Below are positions 28,696-43,021 of a stretch of 64,000 bases of DNA, one piece after another (position 1 is the first letter of the stretch; each line of letters starts with the position of its first letter). A model generated the notes under the pieces. That model saw only the letters and a program-made list of their open reading frames with translations, ran no database searches and had not been told where the DNA came from. The stretch comes from the human T2T-CHM13v2.0 reference genome, Homo sapiens, in NCBI RefSeq assembly GCF_009914755.1, contig NC_060927.1; one strand, given 5' to 3'. The translations under genes were made by a program, and so were the position numbers.

Positions 28696-31619
28696 AGTTG
28701 CAGAACCGGTTTCCCTTGAGGTTCTTGACATAATGGACACTCATCTTCACTCCAAAAAGTTTGCTTTTTCTCCCTCTGTGTTGGTGGGTAGTTGGTGAGG
28801 AGTGTCATCTGGTAGCTTACCTGGTGATGGAGGGGAGAGCTCTGTTTTCACAGGCTATTCTCAAAATCTTAAAAGCCCAGAGATTTGGCCTTGCCTCCCA
28901 CTTTCTAACACTTCTCTTCATCACTTCAGAATGGATCAGCACTTAGGAGATCTGAAAGTTAATCTGCTTAGCAATCTGGTTGCTAGGTATTAATATATAG
29001 AAAATAAATGTTTTTTCCCTTCTCCTTGAATCAGGAAAAAGCCTGATTGAAAGAAGGATCTAGGAGGGATTTAGAAGAAGTCCTTCTCCTTTCCATGACT
29101 CTGAGGTTTGTGAAGTCTATCTGAGTGGTTTGTTGCCACTACATGCTCTTTGCTAAAAGGGGTAATTGAGTGAAGGAAACGTGAAGGAACCACAGGTAAA
29201 GAAAATTAGGATAGTGCTCCAAAGTGATCTCAGCTCCATAGGATCCCTTCCAGGGTGGGTCCTGAAACTCTAGATCAGAACACGTAAATGTTTGTATTTG
29301 GCCAACCTGCTTTCAATTATTAGCATTCACAGACCGATTGTGCTGTATGATGCAGTTGAGTGATAGTGAGTGAAAGGCCAATTGGCCATGGAAAATCACC
29401 TGGTGAAGATCACAGTGAGTGCTCTCCCTGTCATGGAGCTTGCCGGTAAAGAATGCTGCACTGTTCTTTCAGAACCACATTGATAAATGTCCCCTGAAGA
29501 AATTAACATTCCCATCTCTACTGACTCATCTGATGGGAACAATCAGTTCACAAACCGATGTGTGGGCTAACCCACATGGCCCATCCACCAAACATTGCAA
29601 AGTATATCTTTTTTCCCCATATGCTAACAAGTGATGGGGAAAAGGAAGCTGTTCTCCCCACTCCACCCACCTTTCAATATCGATTGACCTGCATTCATCT
29701 CATATTCTGGGAATCAGGAATATGCTAAATATTGTAATGGTAGTCAGGTAGAGAACAGGGACAGAAGACCTAGGAAAAGGAAAGGAGTGGGGAGATATTT
29801 TATCATTCAATATATTATTATTTTGTCAGAGGCTATTATTAGACTCCTTACACTCAATGAAAAATAAACAAAATAAGCCTTTGAACCCATTTGAACAAGG
29901 ACAAACATGCAGGTGGGTTATTTATTCACACATATCTGCCTGCCTGTCCCTTTCCACTAAGACTATTTTGGAACCTACTGGAGATGATTTCTGTATGTCA
30001 TAAGCAAGTCATCAGGCAAAAATAGTGAGTCTTTACCAAGTTGTACCATTAACTAGGAATGATAAGAGTGTGTTTATACATAGCATTTAGTTTATGAAAA
30101 TACAGATCTCCTGTTTGCGGCTCCCATTAACTTGTCCAACAAAACAAATCCATCGATTGGCTTTAGCTGTAGGTGGCTTGTTTTCCAACTGCCTCTTTTC
30201 TCCTGACTTAAGAGACAGATGTAATTTAAAATGGGGATTAGAAATAACTGTCCTGAAATCCATGTAATTCTGGTTTTGCTGCTGGTAAAGGTTATTGTAT
30301 AATTAGCTGATTCATAACAAACTGTAAGTATCATATCAGAAAATAGAACCCTTTGGAAACTAATGACAGATGATCTACAAATAGATAGCCTAGCAATGTA
30401 AACATTAGTGGGGGGAATTCATTAAGTTCCTGCTAAAAGCATTTGATTTAATTTTGCCTATCTTTTATCAGATTTTTTCATGTATAAGCCAAAATGACAA
30501 ATGATAATTATCTTGAAGGCATGTGGCATGATAAATTGGAAGACACGTGATGTGTTTTCTCATTTTTCACAGTCTCAGATTTTCTTTTTTTGGTCTGGTT
30601 TGTTGTGTTACAAAAAGCTCATGATTTTTCACCCATAGTTCACCTCCTGGGAAATACCATAATTAAGGTCTCAAGAATGAAATAGGCTGGTACAGTCATC
30701 GAATGACAATGAGCCATCCATGGTGTTGGGACATCAATGTAATAACATAAAAACTATTGGTTTTGAAAATTTTCCTCTATATAATTGCTGTTTCCACTTC
30801 TATAAAACTGAGGTTAATTTAAGATAGATTTATTTCTAGTCAGTCCCACTAATGTTCCAGGACTTTTCATATTCTGTATCATTTGATATGTATTGTCATA
30901 AAGCTTTTATATTTTTCAAACACTTCAGCAGTTTTATGCATTGAGTTTGTTATGAAATGTCATTGTGTCACTTTATGGGATCCTATTTAAAGAAAGTCAG
31001 TAGCTAGGAAAAGAGATGAGAAACATTTATAATTTGACCCTAAACTCAAGGGCAATATAGGACTTAGTAAAAGAGAATTTATAAATTTCTCAGGTGCTCT
31101 TCATAAAAACAAAGTCAAAACAAAGCAAAACAAAAAGAAAACCCAAGGTGAAACCACATCAAACAAAAAGTTTACTTGGTAATCACCTGGTAACCAGATA
31201 TTGGGTTTTATGAATAAGAAATTCCAGACGAGGTGTCGTGTTCTGGAACAACCCTTCCTATATTTCACAATCATGTAAAGCCTAGCTCAAATGTCCCTTT
31301 CTCTACCTCCCAGGAAGAATTAGGGACTCCCACACTCATATACTGTAGCATTTTGTTCATACATATGCTTCCTCTCACATGGTCAAATGGTTAGTTTTTT
31401 ATCTGTTTGACTGCCAAGCAGTGGACTTTGCCCTATCCATCTTTGTTTTTTTTTAGTGTCTAAGGCCTGGCAAACGGAAGGAGCTCAGATGACACTTTTG
31501 AAAAAGCAGGCTGTTTATATGACTTCAGCTCTTAGAATATTAAGAATTGCATCATCATTGCACGGGAAGAAAAAGGTCTGATTGGATCCTTCTCTCTCAA
31601 CAACTGCCTTAATGGTTTA

Positions 31620-31670
31620 GTGGCAGGATGGCTGGGTGTACGTGGCAGGATGGCTGGGTGTACGTGGCAG
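31620..31670 (+). repeat. Perfect 22-bp tandem duplication (2.3 copies)
   Basis: gtggcaggatggctgggtgtac twice, then gtggcag. Confidence 0.95.
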
Positions 31671-31795
31671 AAAATGGAGCAGAAGTTTGACATTAGTTTA
31701 GTGTCAATAATGCATATTATTGAATTTACACAATATAGATGTTTGAGGCCTTTTTTAATTGGGCCTTTCCAGGATCAAAGAGACTTGCATTAAAT

Positions 31796-32501
31796 TTATT
31801 ATTTTGTTTATATGGAGATCCTTCTGTTTCTCCAATTGTTCTGGGTATTCTTTTTTGAAGCAGTTGTAGCTGATGTCTTCCCTAAGAGGAGAGGAGTTGA
31901 ACTATATCTCAAGTTGGGCCATAGGACAGCTGTATAAGCAGTTGCTTTTGCAGTATCAGATCCGAGGAATATCAAAATACTCTTGTCCTGAAATACATCG
32001 TGAAACTCATCTCCTCCCAATAACATGCTCCTCTTTAAGGATAGGAATCGAAAGGTTTTGGATATTGTTCTGGTTTTTGGAGTTGCCTCTTCCAGCACTA
32101 CTGGGCACTCAGCTCTGGTTTCTGGCTGTGGCCCCTTCCTTTGGTAAGTGGCATCCCTGTTCTGAAGACACTCAACTACCCTGAGAGTGTTCCTGTGAAT
32201 CTGATTCTTATCTTTAACCATGTAGGAAAGATGACAGGCCTCTCAGTTTTGCAGAAATCAGGAGATTTGCCAGCACTGAACCAATTGCGTGTGATCACCA
32301 TCACCTGTTGACTTCTGGTGGGGATGTGTGGTCTCTCCCTTCCCCCATCCCTCCCTGTGTTTCAGCCTTAGTTTGCCTCACTCTTTAAGTCACCTACTAG
32401 ACCTCCATAGGCATGTGAGTTAGCCGTCCATGCATTCCACCTCTGACCATAAGCCTGTTCTTGAGGACCATCATGCTTTCCATATGATGGTGGCTGCCAT
32501 T
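31796..32501 (-). pseudogene. Candidate processed pseudogene, parent not identified
   Basis: Minus strand starts aATGGCAGCCACC, contains a 137-aa open frame ending at an A-rich tail with AATAAA, and is flanked by cattaaat (31788-31795, 32502-32509). Confidence 0.4.
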
Positions 32502-34477
32502 CATTAAATACCATCTATACCCAGATTGCCCACACTGAAAGTGAGATAATCAACTGTTGTGCTCCTAGCCAAGATTAACAGGAAGAGTATATTCTTTTTT
32601 TGCTTTTATTTTATTTTATTTATCAAGAGATTAAGACAAAGATGAGCCTACAGTTCACAACCGTATGTGAAGATGATGCAGTTGCCTTACTCTGTAGAGT
32701 GAAGCCAAAACCACAGACAGAAATAAGCATAGTAGGCTATGAGAAGATGAAATTTAGCACTGTGTTTGGGATGGGCATCTGAGGAAGTTGTGTTCAGAGC
32801 ACCCTGGATCTTCTTTTGGTGGCTTTAGGTCTCCCCATCCTGTTGCCCTATTTCTGAGCCAGGAGCTAAACTTGAACTGATGCCTAGCTGCTCCTCTTTC
32901 ACCCCCTTCCCCAACCAAGAATGAAAATAAGAAGGATTAGTGGTGGTACATAGCCTGGTTTTTCTTTTTCTTTTCACAGCTCCATTTCAATCCTAAAAGG
33001 TACACTCTCTATCTGTGTGACACACAAATCACTTTGCTTTCTTTTAGAAATGGCCTATTATAAGAAAAAATTATAGGTCCGTATTCTACCTTTTTAAAAG
33101 TTATAATAATTATTCTTGGTATTTAAAGAGAATAGTTACATAACATAATTTTAAGTGAATATAATGGTTGAAAAGATGCTTTAGTGTGGAAAATAGACAA
33201 AATGATTTAACATTTTGAAAAATCACATTCTGACCTCATTCTAATACATGCCATCAGTAAATTAAATTTGAGATGCATTCCATTCGTGACTGACTTGCTT
33301 ACAAAGGACACAAGAGCCTTGAAAGAGATTCTGTTTGTTAGCTTATTTCTTTGCAGTTGAACTGGCAGAGTAAACACAGGGAGGAGACGGTTGAGGTGTG
33401 GTTAGATCAAGCCCTTTTCAGTGCCCCGTTCTCCTATGGAGCACTTATAAATGACATGAGGAAGGTAGTATTTAGACTGATCATTAGAGGAAAGATCAGC
33501 ATGTTGTTAGGAAAGTTTACTTCTAAGGAACCTTGTAATTTGGCCAAAGAAAAGGTTACTGGACTTCAGGCATCTCCGCGATGAGGAAGTGGTCTCTGTG
33601 GTCAGCAGCCTGGGCACAGTTTTGATGGGGTTGGTGAGTGTTGTCTGGTTTCCAGATAGTCTGGACAGAAGAGGACAAACGTAGGAGAAAAGAGGATGGA
33701 GACAGTATTTCTGTTTTGCTGGCTGTTCCTGCTAAGGGAAAATTGGTTATCTGTTGAGGATCCCACGTGTCATATTTGTGGGCGCTGATGGCAGGAAAGA
33801 AGAATGGATGGCATCAGGAGTGGGGAGCCTCAGGCTGGGAAAACATGCCAGACAGTCTCAGCTGCGTCTTTTGGCAAACCATGGTGTTGCCATAAAATTA
33901 TTATTCCGTAAAGCCTTGAGATTACTCAGCTGTGTCAATATATTTTTCATTGTTACTTTTACAATTTGTAAAATTAAAAATTGCTTTTTTCTTGTTATAA
34001 AAGCCATTTTTTATTATTTGAATTATAAATATTAGAAAGTACAGGTAAGGAATGAGAAGATTAAAAACACTCCTAATCCTACTTATAAGAGTTAAGCACT
34101 ACCCAACACTTTGAAACAATCTTCATTTAACAAAACACGTGGACATAATTTCTGTCAATAAATGCTCATGTAAGTTACATCTGAGAGAGAGAGACCATTA
34201 ACGCTCCGGAAGAGGAAAGTTTGGAAGGAACTTACCCAGCCTTCTTCCTCTACCCCAGGGTGGAGTGGGCTTATTGAAAGGTGTAAGCTCAGGAAAATGG
34301 AACTGGAGACATGTGGTCCACAGTCTTCCCGATTCTCTCTATTCTGGGAAGAATAGGGCAGAAGGGAGGCTCTTATTTTTTGGTCCCCTCCAGCCCCATT
34401 ACTTGGTCACAGTGCTGCTGTCGCTAATGTCTCAATATGAAATATGTTGCTGGGATTCTTTTGCTGCAACTTGGAAT

Positions 34478-35184
34478 TTTTAGAGTAGGTACTTAAGCAG
34501 ACATGAGCAGGGCAGGAGAAGCCCCCGCTTGGCCCCAGGAATGTCAGGCGACCATCAGGTGATGGCCAGGCTGTTGTTAAACTGTCTCTCTAAAACAGTA
34601 ATTGGTTGCAGCTGGTGCCAGGGACAGGCCGGCTCCCAATAGATAGAAAACAGCTGAAGCTGGTGATCAGCAGCTTCCCAATAAGATCTCAGGAGTTGGG
34701 CAAATGGGCTCAGGCATGCACGCTAAGAGGCAAAACGGCAGAGTTTAACTGGCGTATGACCTTCCTTTAAGAACGCTTGACGGGTAAGGGAAAAGTGCCT
34801 CAAATGAGCATATACACAACTTCAGTAAACACACTGCACATGCAGCTCCTCCCAAGTGCTGGCAGGCCACTGCACATGTGGACAGCCCACTTAAAGAGAA
34901 GAATCAGGGGAGAAGAAATGCAAACTTCAGAACCAGTCAATGTGTAGAACCCAAGTCAAGGGCTAGATGAGACACTTGGATCTCTCAGTCGCCCTCTTGG
35001 CCCTCTTCCAAGTGTACTTTACTTCCTTTTGTTTCTGCTCTATAACTTTTTAATAAATGTTCACTCCTGTTCAAAAACTTGTCTAGGTCTCTCCCTCTGC
35101 CTTATGCCCCTTGGCCGAATTCTTTCCTCCAAGGAGGCAAGGATCAAGTTGCTGCAGACCTGTATGGATTTGCCACTGCTACCA
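34478..35184 (+). mobile_element. MER50 ERV1 solo LTR
   Basis: ttagagtaggt...gcagacatgagcagggcagg...gaatgtcaggcgaccatcaggtgatgg; ends ggatttgccactgctacca; 4-bp TSD gaat. Confidence 0.9.
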
Positions 35185-35869
35185 GAATGAGGGATCAGAT
35201 GCAGTGAAGACATTCCCAACTATGAAACTGTAGGATAAAGGGCCAGGCCTGATAATACTTCTTTTTTTTTTCCCTGCAGAATTCAGAGAATATCCTCAAC
35301 ACTCTTAGGTTTAGACTCTAGTGTGAGGTAGAACCTCACACTAGATCAGGTAGAACACTGATCCAGGCAAAAAGTTGGAATTGATGGCAATGACCTATGA
35401 AAAGTTACTTTGAAGCAATTTGAAAATGGAGGTCTTGCTTTTGTCTATCAGACCACAAAGCCCTTAGCACCAAAAACCCAGCCCACAGTTCAGGTGTCTG
35501 GTCTTTAACTTGGCCAAACAGGTGGATATTTGGGAACTTCCAGGCAGATGTTTGGGATAATTCAGTGGTTAATCATATAAGACCAAATGTTAGGGTGGTT
35601 ATTAATTGTTTTTCCTCTCCCTTTGAGGTACTATTTACACCCAGTGGGATTTGAATCACTGTAAGATTTTTCTACTGCCTCCAGATGAGGTGGAGAAGGT
35701 GGGGTTTTAAGGACAGGGGGTTTTACCTCTGGGCATAGCTCTTTGCAATCCATACCCTTGCCCTACCTCAATAGCCACTACCTTTATCTGAGCCTTCATC
35801 TTCTTCCTGAATTACTTATTAGCCTTCTGTACTCCAGGCTCTCTACAAGCTAAGCTGCCCTTTGACTAA

Positions 35870-36430
35870 CTTCCTGGTTAATGTAAAGATCAGAATGGAT
35901 CCCTGTCTTGATAGTTTTACACTGAATCATTTTGCACTGCTTACAGAAGAATATCCAATCTCTTATGGTAACATTCAAGGGCTTCCAAAGTCTGTTCTCT
36001 ACTCGTTGTTCCTGAATTAATTCATTTATTTTACATGTTTTTGAGTACCTATTATAAAGTGTTGAGCATGGCTTAGTTTTGTTTCTTACTGCTTCTCTAA
36101 GGTTCTTGTGAGTCAACTTTATGGACTTTCCTTCTGGGTTTCTGCACATCTGAGCCTCGGTATCAACCATGACTTCTTACTGGGATACTCTCTTCAAGGG
36201 ACTTGGTTAAAATTCCTTATGGCTCAGTTTAAATACCACTTCCTCCATGAAGCTGGCTGTGATCCCTCTAGCCAGACTCATTTTCTTCTTCTGAGCTTCA
36301 TTGGATGACAGTGTCTTCCTCTCTTGATTGACAGCCTACACTCTGCCTTGCATTATAGTCATTTCTGAATATGTATTATCTCTCTATTAACCAGTAAGCT
36401 GTTTGAGAGTGGAAAGTACCTCTCACTTAC
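35870..36430 (+). mobile_element. L2 fragments
   Basis: ggctcagtttaaataccacttcctccatgaagc...gtaagctgtttgagagtgg. Confidence 0.55.
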
Positions 36431-36464
36431 CTTTCTTTTCTTCCCTCCTAGAGGATAATAAAGC

Positions 36465-36700
36465 ACAATGATTTAGAATTTGGGGCTATGTGGTCAGATA
36501 ACTCTGAACCTGAACCTTAGCTCTACCAAATTATCAGCCACATAACCCGAGGCAAGTGACTCACCCTCCTCAGTTTCTTTATCTGTAAAATGGGACTAAC
36601 AGTTGGAGTCAGAAACTTGCTTGTGAGAATTAAATAAGATAATCTATATACAGTGCTTAATACTGTGTCTAGTACAAAAGTAAGTGTTTAGTAGACTTTG
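36465..36700 (+). mobile_element. MIR
   Basis: ggcaagtgactcaccctcctcagtttctttatctgtaaaatggg. Confidence 0.8.
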
Positions 36701-37504
36701 CAACAGGCATGGTTAAAATACATAGCACCAACTCATTCTTGGTATACGACTGGCCATCAATATATATTTGTTAAATAACTGGATTAGCAATTGGTGTCTT
36801 AAGTAGCTCAGTAATAAGTGTCTGTTTATGGAAAAATGAATCTTTCTGTATTCATCTCTATTTATAAAATATTGTTTAGAAAGTGGGATTATCTGGAAAA
36901 TCTTCAATTTCTACATTTTCACCTTCTTTAAATAGGCTGTCAAACTATATTCTTTCTCAAATGTTCCCCTTGCATTTGGATATTAATAGTAAAAGCAATG
37001 CTGAGTAGTGATTGTGAAATGTATATAAGCAGCCAACATCTCCACAGAATTTTTTAAAGATAACCTGATAGCAGTGTTTTGCCTGCATTTTCCACTGGAA
37101 GAGAACTCAGTCTCAGGAAGGACAAGGCTCTTCCAAAGCCCCAGAGAAATAACTGCTTAAGCAGAAATAGACACAGGCCTCCTGATGCAACCTAGTTTTA
37201 TAATGAAGCTGAGCCCAAACCACCTTCTTCCAATTTGCTTCTTTTTTTTTTTTTTTTTTGAGAAACAAGTTGGCCTTATAAAAAATATTCAACAATTTTT
37301 TACCACTGAGTGGGGAACATCTGGTTCTGTGTCCTGCGAACACAAGAGAAGGCTGATTATTACAATCAAAGTTTCTGGCATCAAGCTATTAGAGACGGCT
37401 TTGTGTTCGAACCTGAGTCTGGGACTCCGTGTCAGAGTGGGAACAGGCATAGGGAGGATCTAGAAGGGGTCGCAGAGCTGATCTCACTTGCTGCCAGCAA
37501 AAAG

Positions 37505-37730
37505 CAGTGTCATGTGGCCAAAGCCAGACTGCCAGAGCCCTGCCACATGTCAGCTGTGGATGCCTGGTTAGTAACTTTCCCTATCTGTGCCTCGGTTTCC
37601 TTTAATGTAAGAAAGGAATAAGAGTACTTGCCTCATAAGGGGGAAATGAGGATGAAACCACTAAGGTATATAAACTATTTAGAACTTAGGCTGTCCCCTG
37701 GGGATAACTTGATAAATATCAGCTATTAAT
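37505..37730 (+). mobile_element. MIR
   Basis: tctgtgcctcggtttcctttaatgtaa...tgcctcataagg...gaggatgaaa. Confidence 0.7.
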
Positions 37731-39228
37731 ATTAGTGGTAGAAGAGAAAAAAGAGTCAATGTAAAGGTATTTTTTAGGGCTCTTTTAATATGACATATTT
37801 GGAATAGCTTCTCAAAATATTGTGTTTATAGACTGAAACTGACACTATTCCCTACTGAAGGAAGGTAACAGTGTTACTGCTGGTGAATGGAGAATTACCG
37901 TTTGGGGATTATGTAAAGGTGAGGGGCCAAGGCACAGGGAGTGGAGGGATTGGTTGGAGTTGGCGCTTTAAGTGGGTAGAGGGCTGTGGGAGATATGTCC
38001 CCTCAGAACCTTCCTGGTGTAACAGTTTCTGGAATTCCACCTTTGGACAGCCTCCTCTTTGGGCCAATTACAGCATTTTCTCTGCAGTTCTCATTTAAAA
38101 GGAAGACATTTCGTGTTGGGGTCAGGGATAACATCGGGAGCTTAACAGATTAGCACTAGGCCTGAATTAATTTGCTCAAGGTTCTTGAAGGTTGAAGCCT
38201 CTGAGAGAGGCATTCAGTACTGAAATAATACAAAAAAGGGAAGTGCCAAAGTCAGCCTTTACTTCTATTCCAATGTTGCCTTTTGTTTTCCCGGACTTGC
38301 AGAGCTGAGAAGGAGATGGCTAGTGCACCACAGGCCTCCTGGGCCCTGGACTTGGCCTTCCTTAGTGCTGACAGAGATTGCTTAGGGAGTGCTTCCTCAG
38401 CTCATACCTTGGCCAACGCCATACAGCTGAAAATCAGAGATTCTTGGAGGCAGAATAGATCTCTTGGTGGTTTGGGGGAATGCACAGCTCCGCTTTTACT
38501 GCTTGCCTGCTACCAGCATGTTACCTGTGACTACATTAGAATAGCTGCTTTATGGTACACAAAATGGTATTTTGGCCATCACAAAGGATTAGACACTGAG
38601 AATCTTCTTATTTATTTATTCTTACAGTAAACTTTAAAATTGCTAATGCAATGCAATGCATATTCTAAATTAAGAATAGAAAGAAAGGCTCTTAGGGTGA
38701 AATTCTGTATGTCAGACTCGATCAAGAATTGGGATCACATGGAGAGATTTAGAAACATCTGGTAATGTGTTATTAATAAGCTAGCAGGAATGAATCAACA
38801 ATTTCAACTGAGAAACATTAATTTGCGTAAGATGCTCAATAAAAAAGAATATAGAATATACATTTTTCATCATATATAGCAATTGTGCAATCTAAACATT
38901 ATTAAGCATACCAACCAACCAGTGAATTTATAAATTGTTGAAGACCAGGTTAAATTTGCAAATGAAGAGAAAAATCTATTTTTTTAAAAAACATTATGTT
39001 TACTATATCTTACAAATAAATTACACTATTAATGGTAGTATGCACAGAAGTAGATAACAAAAATAAGTCACATATAAGTCTGTTTGAAGTGAAACAATTG
39101 TTCTTTTCCACTAACAAAAGGAAAGTGGATGTATAGTTAAAAATGTAGCTCAGACCTCGGTTCAGGCTAACACAACAAAACCTGAGTTTTGAATTTTTTA
39201 AATTAGGTGCTTTGTAAGGAATATGTAT

Positions 39229-40093
<865 letters not shown>

Positions 40094-40111
40094 TTATTCC
40101 ACAACATTTTA

Positions 40112-40631
<520 letters not shown>

Positions 40632-40644
40632 AAAAATGAATTCT

Positions 40645-41300
40645 GTGTGCCCATGAGCAAGTTGCTGAGCCTCTTTGTCCCTCAGTTTCCTCATCTCTAA
40701 AATGGTACGAGGGAATAATTTTTCAACCCCATATGGTTTTGATGAGGTTTGAATGAGATAATTTAGATAATTTCTTAAACACTGCGTAGCCCATGGCTCC
40801 TAAAAAATAAGAGTTAATGTTGTCGTATTTGGGGACAACAATATTGGATGTATTCTAGTGGATAAATTCAATGTATTCTAGTGGATAAATCAATCTGGTA
40901 AGTTCTTTTGGTGTATACTAGTGAGGATGAATACTGTTAACATTTACTGACTATTCACTATGTGCCAGGAATAATTCTAAGCATATTCTGTATATATGTC
41001 ATTAAATCCTCACCCCAACCCAATGAGGGAGGTACTCATTTTATCCCCATTTAAAAAATTATGAATCTGAGGTTTAGTAAACAATGTATCCAAAGACATA
41101 AACTGTAAGTTGTAAATCTGTGATTTAAATCCAGGCAATTCACCTCAGTATCCTACTCTTAGGCCTATACTATTGTGCTTCCAATAGACTTCATGAGATG
41201 TTAGAAAGAATAAGACCTTAGATCAACCTGGTCCAGTGTCTTGTTTTTATGATGAGGACGAATGAGACTCAGAGAGAGAATGACTTGCCCAAGGTCACAA
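40645..41300. mobile_element. Cluster of MIR fragments in both orientations
   Basis: cctcagtttcctcatctctaaaatgg (+); cactatgtgccagg...aatcctcac...tatccccatttaa (-); tgacttgcccaaggtcac (-). Confidence 0.75.
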
Positions 41301-41611
41301 ACAAGCTTTTGTATTTTCTATTGCAGCTCAGCCTTTTGTTTAACAAGGAGACAACAGGACAGTGCTTACACTCAGAGATAAATGGGAAGCATGTACAAGG
41401 GAATTTGTAAAACAAGAAATACGTTTAAAACAAAAATTTTATATTTTAGGATCTGTATCATAAGTTTGATTTCCCTTCTTTTCACTAGACCATGAGACTT
41501 TTCATGGCAATGGGATGGAGTTTTCACTGCAGCAAGAGGCTGGGCTTCATGTAAACTTTTAATTCCCAATCAGTGCAATATTCAACCCTTACTTAGGAAA
41601 TGCATTTCCGG

Positions 41612-41869
41612 TTTTTTTTTTTTTTTTTTTGAGACGGAGTCTCGCTGTCGCCCAGGCTGGAATGCAGTGGCGCGATCTCGGCTCACTGCAGGCTCCGCCC
41701 CCCGGGGTTCACGCCATTCTCCTGCCTCAGCCTCCCGAGTAGCTGGGACTACAGGGGCCCGCCACCTCGCCCGGCTAATTTTTTTTGTATTTTTAGTAGA
41801 GACGGGGTTTCACCGTGTTAGCCAGGATGGTCTCGATCTCCTGACCTCGTGATCCACCCGCCTCGGCCT
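41612..41869 (-). mobile_element. Young 5'-truncated AluYe5-like element
   Basis: gcaggctccgccccccggggttcacgcc, gccacctcgcccgg and gtctcgctgtcgcc variants; CpGs almost all intact; TSD gaaatgcatttc. Confidence 0.85.
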
Positions 41870-42606
41870 GAAATGCATTTCTTTTCAGCCCTTCCGCTTG
41901 AACCTGGAAAATTTCCCGGTGTCCAAGCCATCCGACCCTTGCCAGCTCTCATCTCTTTCCAATCTGGAGCTATTTGTTTATGTTGGGCCAGAAGGACATG
42001 TGCATATGTGTGTGTGTGTATGGGCTTGTATACAGACATGTATGAGCATCTACAGTTAACCACTCAAAGAAATGTCACGTTTCTGTGTTCCCACAATTGG
42101 AAGGGTGCCCTGATCTCAGGACCAAGAAAGCAGAGATTATGACTTGATGACAAAATTTTGTTCACAGTCTAACCCAGAGATTGATCTTAATCCTCACTGG
42201 GTAATTGTCCTGGGCCAGGCAATCTTATCTGGAGAAGGCCTACTCTTCAATGCTGTTAAAAAGATAAAGTGATGCAGAAGGCTCCCAAAACAAAAATGTA
42301 TTCACTGTTCCTCATGTACAATCTGCTACCTTGACAGAACAAAATCTTTGACATAACTTGCTCAGGAAAATGATTATAGGTTATGAATATTTTCTACTTC
42401 TATAGGTAGGAAAAACATTATATGGTGATTGAAAATACCCCATGACAGCTGTATAAAGTTTGGAGTGAGTTAGCTGAGGAGTTTCTAGATAGAAGGAAGA
42501 TGATGTAGGATCCTGAGAGTAGTGGAAGTTCTTAGAGGAAGGATGTTCTGGAGTCAGAGGATAGGACTGAAATGAACAGTCCTGGGTTTGGGAGAGCATT
42601 GAGATT

Positions 42607-43021
42607 GTCTTAGTTTCTAGAAGCAGAGCCTGAGACAGGAGTCTGGTATACATGATTCATTAAGCAGGTGCCCACAGGAGAAGGGGAGTGAGGGAAGTAC
42701 GAGGTCAGGGGAAGAAGGGTAAGAAGGATGCGTTTTCGGCTGGAGCCTAGCGTTATCTTGGACTTCTAGGGAGCTTTGGATAGCAAATTGCACCATCAAG
42801 TTGGTGGCCCTTTAATGCAAGGGGTCAGCTTTGTGTCTGAGGTAGTCAGTCATTGGCCACTGGCCTAACTTCCAAGGTGAGGCAGGCCCATTAGGCAGGA
42901 TGCAATTCTTCTGCAATGGATACAGCTGTGTGCCTTTTGCAGACCACAGCCACAGAAGCTGGGAGCTGGGCATGTTGACCTGGTGAGAGAAATATGAACA
43001 GGTACCGGAGCATCCACTATG
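42607..43021 (-). mobile_element. ERVL LTR16/LTR33-group LTR
   Basis: agaagcagagcctgagacagga...gtcagtcattggc...cagctgtgtgcc...gcatccacta. Confidence 0.75.

Noticed and set aside
31808-32500. Fleeting resemblances to MRPL49, MRPL10, MRPS18A and PCED1 peptides
   Set aside because: Only short motifs match and the spacing is inconsistent, so no gene symbol is assigned.
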